NCBI GenBank assembly: GCA_964016885.1
Contig: OZ024742.1
Coordinates: 97,092,001 to 97,156,000 of the forward strand
DNA: 64,000 nucleotides
Direction of reading: 5' to 3'
Source of the DNA: Eledone cirrhosa
Lineage: Eukaryota
Every line of letters begins with the position of its first letter. Within the stretch, counting starts at the first letter, position 1. The position numbers and the translations under genes were made by a program. The notes beneath the pieces were generated by a model that saw only the letters and a program-made list of their open reading frames with translations, did no database searches and was not told the DNA's origin. Below, piece by piece: positions 1 to 15,079 of the stretch.

Positions 1-210
1 GATGATAGGGACTGGGGTCCATATAATTTCACTGCAAAGTGGTCGTGGAGGTGCCACAACAAAAAAAGCACCCAGCACTCACTGTAAATGAGGTTGGTGT
101 TAGGAAGGGCATCCAGCTGTAGAAATCAAGCCAGAATCAGTTCCCGTCTCACCCTTACAAGCAGGGAAAAAGTGGACATAAAATGAAATGATGATGATGA
201 TGATGATGAT
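1..210 (+). mobile_element. 3' half of tRNA-derived SINE (family 1) with (GAT)n tail
   Basis: Reverse complement of the body of the 9415-9735 and 23500-23850 copies (GGTGTTAGGAAGGGCATCCAGCTGTAGAAATCAAGCCAGAATCAGTTCCC), ending in (GAT)n. Confidence 0.8.
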
Positions 211-1616
211 ATATATATATGTACTTTTAAAGAAATAAGACAAATACAGATATGCAAAAACACATAGGCTTATTAGTATCATGCTTAGGAGGATTCGGTG
301 CTTCAGATACGCACACTCACACACATATGCGCGTGTGTGTGAATGTATATAAGTCTTAGTCGACTGGACTAATGGAAGAGGTACATCTAGGATGTGGTAG
401 TGAAGCTGAACATCACGACAGAAATTACAAAAGATTGCATGGTTTGGCTCCATGATTTAATGGTGAAGAGTTGCTATTGGCATAAAAATGAAACATGACT
501 CATTCACCCTCTCTCTTCTTTAATGTGCTACCACAGTAACTAACTTCAACATCACTGCCCTTCTTCCCAATCACACCTATTATACACCAATGATGTACTT
601 TCTTTGTAAAGTGGTTGGTGATAAGAAGGTCATTCATCTGTAGAAACCATGACAAACAAAGGATCAAGTAGACTTTTTACTTATGCCAAAGATGACAATA
701 TCTCTAGTGCAGATGTTAAGAGAAAATGTATTTGGTGCACTGTGTGTGTATATATAGAGAGACACAGATTTTGGGAACATATTTAATCAAGATATGACAT
801 CCAGCCCATCTGAGAAGTCAGTAGCTCCAATTTAGCACTGAATTGGTTTCTGTCCAGCTGTCGAATTCCTGTGAAGAGAAATGGAATGAATTAGCTGTGT
901 CATGTTTTGAGTAAAGATGAAAACTAAGTGGGGGAGAGAAATGATAGAAATATATGTAGAAGGAAGTAGAGAAAGAGGATGACCAAAAGGTCAAGGCTAT
1001 ATGTGATGGATGAGGAAACAAAAACACAGGGGTTAGTGTTGAAAGGATTCAGAGGATAGAGCAAATTAAAGAATCTTGCCATGGTGACCACAAAGTTAAC
1101 TCATGGTTTATCAGGGAAATAATATTAAAATGCTTGTGATGTTGTCTGATCTGTTTGTACTGGACATACTCAGGTAGGTTTCTACAAACAATGGGAAGGT
1201 CTGCTCTAGTGTTTTATTATGCAATATTCATTTGTTTGGTCAGTTTAATATAAAAACTAAGCAATCAACATATGTGATATTATAAGGGCAGGCCAGTACA
1301 TCGTTTATCAATCACTAGTTTGTACTTTGAAATAAAGAGTGGAATAACAATCAAGAGAAGAATGAATAGTTGTTTGTAAATAAGTGACAAGGTAGTATGT
1401 AATGAGATTTATATTGAACAATAGCAATCATCGTTATTGTTTTATGTTTGCCTTTTTCAATGCTAGTATGGTCTGGATAGGTTTTCTCCAGCATAGTATC
1501 TGACCACATGTGACTACTTTGTCATCTTCTTCCTGATGTTCACAGATTCTTCCAAACACTTCATCTTCTGAGATAATTTGTCACTGCCCACTTAAATTAG
1601 CCAGATATTTAATGCA

Positions 1617-1707
<91 letters not shown>

Positions 1708-1711
<4 letters not shown>

Positions 1712-2110
1712 CATCATCATCATCATTTTAATGTCTGCTTTCCCTGCTAGTAAGGGTTAGACAGATTTACATAGACCAAGTCAATACTGAAGCAGTGGCT
1801 ACTGATCCCCAGACAAACCAGTGATCTGTCATTTCACTTATGTACGACCATGCAGCCGGGATGTTTTCATGTCTTTGACACAACTGACAGTCCTCCCAAC
1901 CCTTTGTTTGGCAAGCTTTCTTCAGCTGGATGCCTGTGCTACCACCAACCTTTTTATAGCATGTACTGAGTGCATTTATCGTGTAGATCACTATCACTAG
2001 GGAGACTGTCAAGTCCTTGACATGACTGAATGGTCCTCCCAGCACTTTCTCTGGTAGGTCCTCCACTGTTGAATGCCCTTCCCATCACCAACCTCTTCAG
2101 AAGGAGAGGG
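1708..2110 (-). mobile_element. Degenerate interspersed repeat with (GAT)n tail (SINE or LINE 3' UTR)
   Basis: Co-linear with 13462-13900 (CATAGACCAAGTC, TCCTCCCAACCC, GCAAGCTTTC..CAGCTGGATG); (CAT)n at the left end. Confidence 0.55.
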
Positions 2111-2328
2111 CAGCTAAGAGCATGTGTGTCTGTGTGTGGGTGGGGGTGGGCATTGGGTGTTTGTGGTGATGGCTGTAGTGGATAGCTTTTGGTGAGCTGT
2201 GGTTGAAGTGGGGATATATGCATACCCACACACACACACACATATATATACATATATATATACATATATATATACATATATATATCATCATCATCATCTT
2301 CTCCATTTAACGCCTATTTTTTCATGCT

Positions 2329-2366
<38 letters not shown>

Positions 2367-5149
2367 AGTGTGCACTTAATCTACCCTTGCAAGCATGAGA
2401 AATGTTGATAAACAGTGATGATGATGATGGCTTAGTATTTATTCACCATACAGCATATATTAGATAATTTAAAATAAATTTAAAGTAGATATAACTATCA
2501 TTTAGAATCCAGACTGTGTAGATATAAATGAGTGTGAAAACGTTTTTGTTATTCTTTTCATACACAGAAAACTAGAAGGGTTGGCTATATTTACATGATT
2601 TCATGTACAGTAAAATGTTATAGCCAATCACGATTTATATCAACACAAATCAGAATTTAATAGAAATATTCACTCTAATTTGTGTAATATAATTAAAATG
2701 GTATATGTTCAAATTTAGATAAATATAATATAGGTTTAACGAAGATGATGTTTTCACATTTGTTTATATTTTTTAAGTAAGTCTATATGGGAAAATATAA
2801 ACAAATGTGAAGAGATCTGAAAAATAAATAAAAATTGGATAGTTATATTTAGAATAACATTTGATCATATGGTTATTTGATGAGACCTGGTCTCGGCTTA
2901 AACAACAATAACAGTGGCAACAATATAAAGGTGACAAAGAAGCCACTCTGTGAGCGCTCATCTTGCTAGAAATAACAGCCAACTCTCGTTTCAATCTGAT
3001 CCTTCACTCTAAAAATAGAGTGGCGACTTGAGTATGTAAGAGGGAAAATGGACAAGACATGAAAGTCTTGGATTATAGATCATCTGAATCAGAGCTGACC
3101 TGGCAATAAACACTAACAACATCTTGACTCTGATTTTTTCTAATGCCTCATGCTGCAAAAAATAAAATAAAAAAGATTGGAAAATAAACATTCTTTTTCT
3201 GATTTTATGCTGGATTTGTTCAACCCCAGTACTTATTTTTCAAGTCTGGCAGTTATTTTATCAGTTTCTTTTTGTCAAAAGGCTAAGTTATGGTACATAA
3301 GCAGTATGCAAAAACACACACATATATACGACAGCTTTTGCATTTTCCATCTCCCAAATTTCACTAATAAGGCATTGTGTAAACCAAAGCTATAATAGAA
3401 AACACTTGCCCAATGAGGTATTCAGTGGGACTGAACATGGTATTATGTAGTTACAAAGAAAACTTTGGAACCACACAGCCATAACTGCATCTATTGTTGC
3501 TAATTTTTTATTTAATTGCAAAGAAAGTCCATTCTTCTTCCATCCAAAGCATAGGGAAACTCAAATAGCACACAAAGTAGTGTTACATAACTTATTTCAC
3601 AGAAACAGTCAGTGTTTCGAACTAACCAGGCTTTTGAGCTTCTTCTTCACCTTAACAATAATATATATAACATAATAATTCACCTCATAACTTCATCAAA
3701 ATCTTCAAATCCCTTACACAACAGTTGCAAAGGAATGGCTTATAACTAAATTTGGCAGCTGAGCTAAAGCGAAATGAGCGAATCCCAAGACTGTTTGGAC
3801 AATTTCAATGAGGTGGCATTATTAGACCATTCCATTGCTAGTGGGAATTTCAATCAATGAAAAGCAAGCCTCGATCTAAACTAAAATGGTTGCTTTCACG
3901 ATTTTAATAAATCCATTTTAGACCAATCTGCATTTTGCCAGAATTGCCTGTTGGAATTTTATGAAGAATTTTGAAAACAAGAAATTAGAACTCTTCAATA
4001 TTACTTCTCTCTGTATTGCAAAGCAATTATCTCAAACCTATATATCTGCTCTATTGGGTGCGCGTATAAGGTTGAAGAGGAGTGTGTCTGTTTGTTATAT
4101 GTATGAGTGTGTGTATGTTTATTTCTATATGTGTGTGTGTGTGCATATTTCTATGTATGTGTGTTTACATGATTGTATATAACCCAAACCACCATAGAAC
4201 AGTGAACAAAAATTGATAATAATAATGATGAGAGAAAATGAAGGTGAGAGATTTACACAAATGTATTTGACATATGTATGTAGGTTTGAATATATATTCA
4301 TTTGAAATATCATTACATATATATGTATACACACACTCACATAGGTATACATGTATTTGTGAATGTATTTATGTGTGCAATTGTGTTTGACACTCAGGTA
4401 AATGTGTCTCTATGTTCTCTATATGTAATATGCATGTAAATGCTTAGATACATTGTATTTATATTTATTACACACACACATACAGTATAAAGATCCAGGA
4501 AGACTTGGAATGATGTGATAAAAGCTGTCCTTGCATAATTGCACCTCTCAAAGGCAATGACATAGGTCTGAGATCCCTGGCGTTATGCAGTAATACAGAA
4601 TACCCACCTTCCCATGAGAGCAGCTGAAGCATGCGTTTAGTGTGTACCACCTTCACTTCCATCCCCCTTTCCATGTACCTCCTACCCATGTCCTAACATT
4701 TTGCCCCCCACACATGCCTCTATACCTGCCTCCACAATCCCCACACACCTTCTCCATCAAAGTCTCCTCTCCACATTGTAAAGAGGTCATGTATGAGTCA
4801 CGACTAAAAGAATCCAGCACACACTGTAAATGTGGTTGGCGTTAGGGTGGCCATGCAGCCATAGAAACCTAGCCAGAAACAGTTCAGTATGGGCAAGAGA
4901 TGGTCACTTGTCCCACTTGCTTTAAATAGGACAACCTGTCTAACCCATGTGCTGGCATGGAAAATAGATGTTAAACAATGATGATTATGATGATGATGAT
5001 AGTAGGAACTTATCATTAGGTTTATTTGGTTATAGTTTCAGTTATACCTTATGGCATATTAGGCATGTGTCTTCTACAATGACCTTGGGTTGACCAGCGA
5101 CTTGGGAGTGTAAATGGTAAGCAGAAACTGCAGAAGCTTATCATGTATA

Positions 5150-5640
5150 CATGGTGAAAAAAAGTGGTCCTGTGCACATTTTGTGTTGCTGTTTATTCAT
5201 TTTCTACCTAGTTAACCTTATATTTCAGGACATGGCAAATACAACGTCTGAGAAGAAAACAAGATGTCATACAAGCTCCATCACTGGATTTTCTGTGTGA
5301 AATACTATTATAAATGTGACTCATTCAAGCAGTTCCGGGAACAATTTAATGAATTCTTTAGAATTGCTATATCTCCCTCCGAAGCCAATATATAAAACTG
5401 GGAGAAGAAGTTTGAGGTTTACAGGACAGTGGAGAACCCAAATGACTGAGGACCATCCTACCCACTCTCGATGACCCAAGAAGCATACACATGAAGTTAT
5501 TGGCTTATTCCGAGAATCTGTTGAACACAGCTCAAATCAATTGCTGCACATGGGAAGCCAATCCTTGTGTCTCTCCAGTGAAACTTGCAGAAGAATTGTT
5601 AAAGAGGATTTTCAAATAATCCCATCATGCATGCAGAGAA
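5150..5640 (+). pseudogene. Decayed Tc1/mariner-type transposase N-terminal (HTH) fragment
   Basis: Broken translation FSVKYYYKCDSFKQFREQFN..SPSEANI*NWEKKFE..RESVEHSS..LSSETCRRIVKEDFQIIP resembles mariner-like N-terminal domains; many stops and frameshifts. Confidence 0.45.
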
Positions 5641-6750
5641 ACATGAACATAGAAATGATGATGATGATGATGAGTCAGTGAATTTCCACAGATAATATGG
5701 CAAAAAATCAGTTAATTTGAATATTGAAAATAAATAACATTAGGATATATAAAGATAGGAAAACATGAGGCATTAGTCAAAGGTGACAGATTTAATGTGA
5801 AGGCTGTGTTTCTCTTGCCAGCAGGGAAAAGAGACATTAAATGATGAGGGTGGTGATGATGATAAGCTGTGTACTTGTTTGTATGAATCAATATGTAACA
5901 ATCCATCAATCAACATGTGAAAGATAAATGAAGACAGGAAGTTGGATTTGCCCCCTCAAAATATTTGTAAGTGATTTCTACTTTTGCAAGACCCTAGAAG
6001 AGAGGCTGATAACAAGAAAAATGTTGATTCTAATGCCTGGGTGTAGAAAGTAACCAGATGTTATCATTACTCTGCATTAATTTGTCAAATGGTGTTTGAC
6101 AACTGCTCTTCCAACTGGAAAGTCAATAAATTTTCTGGATTAATCTCATTTTACTTTTCCTTCTTCCAGCACCTGTGATTGATCCTGAAAAGGCCATCCT
6201 CTATTTAGATCTGGTCACAGAGAGACAAAAATATTAAATATAATTGCAACACTACCAACTACAGTGGGACTGGTCGTGAAAGAATTTCATGCTCCGGTAC
6301 TAAACGTTTAATTTGAAACTTTCCTCACCATATAGCTGATCATTTTCAAGGTCAGATATATATATTTGCACATTGGATGAGGCACAAAGTGAGATAAAAA
6401 TTTACATTCAAAATATTCATAATTGTTGTTTCATCGATGTAGGTTGGATGGTTAATTCACTTCTCAATCATGGTTCAAGCAAAATGTGTGGCATCTTCAG
6501 CAAGTGTCATTAGCATAGCTTCAAGTTAACCCAAATTTGGTGAGAGATAATTAGTAAAGTAAAACTGTTTGGAAGCCAATTAGAAGGATTGTATCTTTAA
6601 TGTAAATGTCCAGCCTTGACACATATTATCATATGCTAATTAACCTTGGGAATTTAATTAAAAGTACAAATAACTCTGGAATACACAACCACTTCCTTAA
6701 ACATTAATCAATGTTAAAGCTCAGCACCAAAACTAACGGAAGATCTATCA

Positions 6751-7823
6751 TCATTACATAACAATTAGCACTCTTCTGACAAGAAGTAGCAACATATATA
6801 TATATCATTACATAACAATTGGCACTCTTCTGACAAGAAGTAGCAACATATATATATATCATTACATAACAATTGGCACTCTTCTGACAAGAAGTAGCAA
6901 CATATATATATATCATTACATAACAATTGGCACTCTTCTGACAAGAAGTAGCAACATATATATATCATTACATAACAATTGACACTCTTCTGACAAGAAG
7001 TAGCAATATATATATATCATTACATAACAATTGGCACTCTTCTGACAAGAAGTAGCAATATATATATATCATTACATAACAATTGGCACTCTTCTGACAA
7101 GAAACAGCAACATATATATATATCATTACATAACAATTGACACTCTTCTGACAAGAAGTAGCAACATATATATATATCATTACATAACAATTGGCACTCT
7201 TCTGACAAGAAGTAGCAACATATATATATATATATCATTACATAACAATTGGCACTCTTCTGACAAGAAGTAGCAACATATATATATCATTACATAACAA
7301 TTGGCACTCTTCTGACAAGAAACAGCAACATATATATATATCATTACATAACAATTGACACTCTTCTGACAAGAAGTAGCAACATATATATATATCATTA
7401 CATAACAATTGGCACTCTTCTGACAAGAAGTAGCAACATATATATATATATCATTACATAACAATTGGCACTCTTCTGACAAGAAGTAGCAACATATATA
7501 TATCATTACATAACAATTGGCACTCTTCTGACAAGAAGTAGCAACATATATATATATCATTACATAACAATTGGCACTCTTCTGACAAGAAGTAGCAACA
7601 TATATATATATATATCATTACATAACAATTGGCACTCTTCTGACAAGAAGTAGCAACATATATATATCATTACATAACAATTGGCACTCTTCTGACAAGA
7701 AGTAGCAATATATATATATCATTACATAACAATTGGCACTCTTCTGACAAGAAGTAGCAACATATATATATCATTACATAACAATTGACACTCTTCTGAC
7801 AAGAAGTAGCAACATATATATAT
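6751..7823. repeat. Minisatellite, 20 copies of a ~54-bp unit (44-bp core + variable (TA)n)
   Basis: Core TCATTACATAACAATTGGCACTCTTCTGACAAGAAGTAGCAACA counted 20 times. Confidence 0.97.
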
Positions 7824-8026
7824 GGCATTAGGAAAGGCATGAAGCAGAAAAGAAGCCAAAATCAGTTCTGTGTTAGCAAAACATGCTCCTCAGTTCTGAT
7901 CTTTCACAAAAGAACAACGCATCCTACACATACTAGCATGGGAAATGGACATTAAGCAATGATGATGATGATATGTATATATATATATATATATACATAC
8001 ACTTACACATATATACAAACACACAT

Positions 8027-8083
<57 letters not shown>

Positions 8084-8111
8084 GAGAGTGGGTGAGAGAG
8101 ATCAATAAATA

Positions 8112-8159
<48 letters not shown>

Positions 8160-8564
8160 CATTTTGTATGATTGCTTGTATGTGTGTGTATATTTCCCTG
8201 TAAACCAAAGTGGTAATAATGAGGATCTTTTGAAATATGTGAACAATTTTTTGTTTATTTTTCTTTTTTTCTGATAACTCATCAAACATAATTCAAATTT
8301 CGAATTGATCTCATGTTTTCTTCTGAATGTTTTGTTTATTGATTTCTACATATTGAAATGGGATCGATTTTGTGAAGGATTGATTAGGATACAGTGAAAT
8401 GAGCAGATGAAACAAAGTGTTCTATAGAAGGTTTGACCCCATAAATCAACTACTTTTGTTACATCATCTGGCATTAAAGAAGATTAAACATTTCATGATT
8501 CATACATCCATACACACATACACATATACATATTGTGGATGTGTGTGTGTTTGCATATACATAC

Positions 8565-8607
<43 letters not shown>

Positions 8608-8794
8608 CACATACACACACAGACATATACATATATATATATATATGTATAAATTATATGAAATAATACTTGCATGCACATGAGTCTATGTATGAATATT
8701 GTAAAGTTTGTAATTTTAAGTATATAGGTAGGTCTTTATTACTAGTTTTGACTCTCTTCTTTTCTCAATGATGACATATCTCTCTCCCTCCCAA

Positions 8795-8873
<79 letters not shown>

Positions 8874-9046
8874 GAGTGAAAAGATAAAGTTGGAAATAGC
8901 ACAGAAAATATATTTAAGGGTCTGTTTTTCTTTTTTTATACTTTCTTTTATTCGTCAAAGTGACCGTATTGAAAAGATGACATTATTGAAAAAATGAGAG
9001 GGACAATTCTTTTTAACAAAAGTTTTATAAGGTATATAAAGTATAT

Positions 9047-9096
9047 AAGTATTACCGGTTTCGATGTATTATTAAAATTCATCTTATCAAATGTTG
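9047..9096 (-). ncRNA. Degenerate type I hammerhead motif, U3-A8 core
   Basis: Minus strand TTGATAA-GATG-(13 nt)-CATC-GAAA-CCGG-TA; helix II and palindromic helix III intact, helix I eroded. Confidence 0.5.
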
Positions 9097-9414
9097 AATA
9101 TTGAAATAAAAAATTTAAAAGAATTAATAAGAGTTAAAAACTTGGCTGGAGAATGAGTTCTTGTTAATAGAGAGGTGGTAGTGAAGATAGCAGCAGCTGT
9201 TTCTTCACAGAATAAAGTTGTTTTTTGGGGGCAAAGGTAACATCCTGTAAATATGTATGTGTATATCTGATTGTGTTAATTGACTGATCAAAAGTTCATA
9301 AGGGATTTGTAACGTAGAAGTAAGTTCTATGGCAGCAGCAGAAGTGTAAGAGAAATTCTATTATTGGAATATGCTTTTAGGGAGTGTGTGTGTATATATA
9401 TATATATATATCAT

Positions 9415-10064
<650 letters not shown>

Positions 10065-10284
10065 TAGCAATACACACACATATATGTGTGTGGGAGGTCT
10101 GTGTGTGTGCGTGTGTATTCTTCAGCCTGTCTGTCACAGATCCGTTTGTGGTGGGAAATTTAAAAAAAATTTTCAAAATTCAAAAATACTTTTTAATAAA
10201 TTATAAAGATTAACATTTTTTTCAAAATCAAAAGAATTCTCAAAATCTAAAAGATTTTAAATATTTTTAAAAATCCAGAGTAGA

Positions 10285-10342
<58 letters not shown>

Positions 10343-10499
10343 ATATACATACAGGGCAGTTATTGTTGTTGTTTTAAGTGAAGGCTACCATACAGAGCCT
10401 AGCATTCTGGCATAAGTATACACATAAACACATGTATCCTTTAGACTTATTCCATACTGAATACAACATGAAAATGGCTTAATCTATTTCTCTGTATGT

Positions 10500-12178
10500 C
10501 TAAGGCGGGTAAAATTCCCGAGATCGATGGACGAGTTCTCTCCAGCGTTCTCTGTCCCTCATTATCGCTGCCATGTCCTGCGTCACCAACAGACCAGTGT
10601 CTGTCCTTAGGGCATCAACATACGTTAACCTTGGTCTTCCTCTTCTAGTGTGTCCATATAGGGGCTCCCACAGGAGCACTGAGTGCAATGTCAACTCTGG
10701 ATGTCGGTGAGCATGTCCAGCCAACCTCAATCTCCTCTGTGTCACTTTTGAGCTGACTTCTGGGATGCTCCCATACAGCTCTGAGTTTTTCATCCTCAGT
10801 GTATACTGATTAATGTTCAGAGCCATCCTCAGCATTCTCGTGTAGCACCCATCCAACATCTGAGTGAGTCTCTTGGTCAGTGTCCAAGTCTCAGACCCAT
10901 ACAGCAGCCAAGACTCCACTATAGCAATGAAGAGGCGGATTTTCAGGTCTTTACGAAGGTCCGACTTCCACACCGATCTCAATCTGTGGCACGCCGCCCA
11001 GGCTTTGCTCTTCCTCTCAACCACATCATCTTCCGTATTCCAAATCTTTGCTCCCAAATATAGGAAGCCCTCAACCAATTCTAGCGGCTTCCCGCCTACA
11101 TTAGTGATCCCCTCTGGCTTCTCACTCATTCTCTACCAGATATTTTGTTTTAGTCTCATTCATTCTCAGCCCCACACTCATCGACACAGTCTCAACCTCC
11201 CGCATCAAATCCTCTGCCTCCTTCACTGTATTTGTCACCAAAACTGTGTCGTCGGCAAATTCAGCATCCGATACCTTTTTCGCCTTAACTCTCCTGCTCT
11301 GAGCCGGTGCTACAGTAAAGCCAGAGTCCTGGTGTTTCTCCAGTGCAAGGCGCATACAATAGTCCACTATGATGATAAAAAGGTAGGGAGCCAATGTATC
11401 TCCCTGGAGCACTCCAGCCAGTATCTCAAAGAACTCTGTCATCCCATCAGGTGTAATGAATTGGGCTTTGGTGTTGGTGTAGAGCAGTGATATCAGGTCC
11501 ACTATCTTCTTGGGGATTCCATAAGCTTGTAAGATCTTCATCAGGCAGTAACGGTCCCCAGAATCAAAGGCCTTCCTAAAGTCAATGAAAACCATGACCG
11601 CAGGAAGGCACTTTGCTCTAGCTCCCTCTAATATCCTCCTCAGCATCAGGATGTGACTGGTGGTTGATCTTCCCTCTCTGAAGCCATTCTGGTTGTCCCT
11701 GAGCTTCTTCTCCATCTCAGGCTGGATCCTGTCAAGAATCATCCTGTTGAGGGTCTTTGCCACAAGTGACGTCAGTGAGATCCCCCTGTAGTTGTTGGTG
11801 TTTGAGAGACCTCCCTTCTTTGGCACTGGGAGGATGTTACTGATCCTCCACTGATTTGGGGCAACTCCTTTTTCCAGTGCCCGGTTACAGAACCCCAGGA
11901 TGATATCATCAAAATCACACCTCTTCATCACCTCTGATGCCACTCCAACTTCTCCATGAGCCTTGCCCTCCTTGATCCTCTTCTTGGCTCTCTAGAGCTC
12001 CCCCCTGGTGAAGGGCCCTGTCTCAACATCCAGTTCCTCAAACAGCCACCTGATCTCCCCAGTGCTCTGGGCTGTGGAGGGTGGCTCTCCTAGTAGGGTC
12101 CTAAAATGGTCTAGCCATTTCCTCTTCCTATCCTCGAGCCCTGTTCCCTGGATCTGACTCGAACACCTTCTCTTCCTC
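10500..12178 (-). mobile_element. 5'-truncated RTE-clade LINE (reverse transcriptase and C-terminus), one stop and one frameshift
   Basis: ORFs 11992-12207 and 11122-11943 are in the same frame: NYRGISL, QNGFREGRST, FIDFRKAFDS, GVLQGDTLAPYLF, FADD. ORF 10500-11129 gives FLYLG, LLYGSETW, RRLRLAGH, RGRPRLTY. Confidence 0.93.
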
Positions 12179-12714
12179 TGTATGTATATTATCAAATTTG
12201 ATATCAAATGTTGACCAGATTTGCTGCCTATATTATATATGCTTCTGCGTGTTGGTGTGTTGCATAGAAAAGAAAAATCTATTATATTTTGATCTATTTA
12301 ATCCAGATCTTTTCATACTTGCAAACGAATTCTTTGCAGTTTGTTTAGAACACTAAAGTTTTAACTCCATTATCATTGTTTCTTAGACATTCACAATCAC
12401 ATCATTAATATCAAGTGATGGTGCTGTGTTGTTGCTAATTCTTTATAATTGGGAGGGCCATTGTAATATGTAGACATAATCAATGGAGTTTGAATTTTTT
12501 AATGTTTTGTTCATGTCATCAATCAGGTGTTTCTATTTGTTTGTCACTGTCTTGTATTGTCTATGTGAACAAGCATTCGTTTAGGATTCCTTTTACCGCC
12601 CCCTCCCTGTGTAGGGATAGCAGGTGTTCATATTTGTTTGTCACTGTCTTATAATGTCTATGTGTATATTGACATTGAGTAATGTTATGAGTATTTCCTC
12701 CATCAGGTTCGTGA

Positions 12715-12921
12715 ATTGGCAGAATCCGTAGAGCGTCAGACATGCTTTCCAGCATAGAGGTATATCCCTTTACCTTCTGAGTTCAAAATTCGCTGAGGTT
12801 AGGTACTTTCATATTTACGGGGTTGATAACATAAAGTACCAGTCATGCACTGGGGTCAATTTAATCAACTTTCCCTTCCCCCCAAAATTGCTTGCCTTGT
12901 GCCTAAATCAGAAACTATTAT
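12715..12921 (+). mobile_element. tRNA-derived SINE (family 2)
   Basis: TGGCAGAATCCG..GAGTTCAAA..GGGGTTGATAACATAAAGTACCAGT..CCTTGTGCCTAAATCAGAAAC; matches copies at 52341 and 61256. Confidence 0.75.
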
Positions 12922-13461
12922 TCATCTGGAATGGTTGTGGTTGGGGATAAGTTGGCAGGTTACCCTTGTTATGATGTGTAGAGTTCCTGCTTATTTCAGT
13001 CAAGTTAGAGCAACACTCCTTTCATAAAACCTTTAAATTTATTTTGATATCTAACTTCCCAAAGAGGACCCTATCACTATATCTTTGAAGTCACATCCCT
13101 CTATGTACAGAGGTAGGAGAGAGAGTAGTTTTAGTTTTGTCAGATAGTGCTCATGCTCTGAACTTAGATCATATATATACTAGATGTTGAAACAGCAAGA
13201 CCTCAGCTGTCAGGTTCCCTACTCTTTATAATATAGTTGAACTCTACTACCCTAAGTATTACGTACTTTGTTGAGTAATGGTTTAACTAGTTTTAAATAT
13301 ACATACACACACACACATACACACACAAGCGCACAAATACATAGACATATATATATATTTGTAACACCTAATACATTTTTTAAGGGACCTACAATTCTAG
13401 AAAGGACTCAGTGCATCTAAACTGTAGTGTATAAATGTATATATATATATATATATATATA

Positions 13462-13900
13462 TTCATCATCATCATTGTCATTTTAACATATGCTTTCTCT
13501 GCTACCAAGGGCTGGATAGGTCCATATAGACCAAGTCTGTGCTGAAGTGGACCCATCATTCTCTCAGGAAAGCTAGGCAACCGTATACATATGTATGGTC
13601 TCACATTCTATTGACACAATTGAAGGTCCTCCCAACCCTTGTTTAGCAAGCTTTCTACAGCTGGATGAGCTTGCTGTCACCAACTATATTACAGTATGTA
13701 TTGGGTGTGTCTATCGTGTAAATCATCAACACAGGGGAGTTTTTCATGACCTTGACATAACTTGAGGGTCCTCCCGTACCTTTTTCTGGCATGTTTTATA
13801 TGGCCGGATGACCTTTATATCACAAACCAATTTAGACTGTGTATCCATGTCATGATTGAAGTTCTCCATTGCTGAAAATCTTTCCTATCGCTAATCTCTT
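13462..13900 (-). mobile_element. Degenerate interspersed repeat, same family as 1708-2110
   Basis: Co-linear similarity to 1708-2110. Confidence 0.5.
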
Positions 13901-15079
13901 CACAGATTCACAGAGGGTTGGGGGAGAGCTGCCAGTAATGTGTGTAGGGGGGGGTTGAAGTAGTGAAGTTGAGAATAGCTGTTTGGGAGTGCCAATGGAA
14001 GGGGGGAGGGATCAAGTCATATTGTAAGCTGCAGGTCTAGTAGTCTTCAGCACTGCATAGCACTAGCCTTAGTGGTTTTATTCATTTCTGTTATAAGATC
14101 AAATTCTTTGCAGACTGAAATTAGCCTATGCCCATTTGAGTTATAGCTCTAACTCCATCAAAACCCAAAATGTTGATTGTCACTTCCAATTCTAGCATTG
14201 ACATGTCTCATTATGATGAACTTGTTTGTGTATGGAACAGTGCAAAACATTGTAAAGTTGATAATAAAATGCTATGATATAGTGTAACAGTAGTACTGTT
14301 TGCTAGATCCAGAGAAATATCCATGATACAATCAGTGACACATTTGGAGAAGGATGTTAGGAATCTAGCAATGTCAGGTGTAATGGCAAAACTAACATCA
14401 GACTTATGGTGGTCGTCTTCATTTGTTCCCTTCTCCCACTTCTTTCATTGGAGATATGCCAGTGAGTCAGGTTTCACTTATCACACAAATATCAATGTTA
14501 TATCTGTTGAGTGCATTACAGATATAGGTTGATCTTCATTCCAGACTTGAAATGCTGTCCTGGAGTCTTCTCACATTCCAGGAACCAAAATTTAAATTTA
14601 AATTCTTTGTTTTATTTTGACTGCATATTTGGATAACCAGACAGCCGTGGATTACTGCCAGGTTAAAAAATTGAGCAAGCATTCGTTTAGGATTCCTTTT
14701 ACCGCCCCCTCCCTGTGTAGGGATACAGTGCTGTTTCTAAAATGATGTGCTTTGTCACCATCAGATGACACAAACAGCACAAATTGCTCATATTTGATCT
14801 TGAACAGCCATTGCCTAATGGTTGGCACTCTGTAGAGCTTCAGTTAAGGATTTACTGTAATACCCTTTATATGTCACTGTCGCCTTTGCTCTCTTGCCAG
14901 TGTGCTTTGTATTAATGGTTGGATATAAAAATAGACAGAGCTGGTACAGCTGTTGAGTTACGCACACAAATGGATTGTTTATAGTAGTGAAGGTTTGTGT
15001 TTGACCAGCCACACTTTTCAGAAATGTTGATATGATTGACATAACGTTTTCCCTTTGCCAGGCTGCAAAGAATGTTCAT

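Noticed and set aside
6150-6238. Strong splice acceptor followed by a short frame PVIDPEKAILYLDLVTERQKY*
   Set aside because: No recognisable homology and no partner exons; cannot be supported without RNA data.
6751-7823. CRISPR-like look (hairpin-bearing repeats with intervening sequence)
   Set aside because: The linkers are only (TA)n, not unique spacers; there are no cas genes and the context is eukaryotic.
10864-11490. 208-aa plus-strand ORF
   Set aside because: Antisense shadow of the RTE reverse transcriptase.
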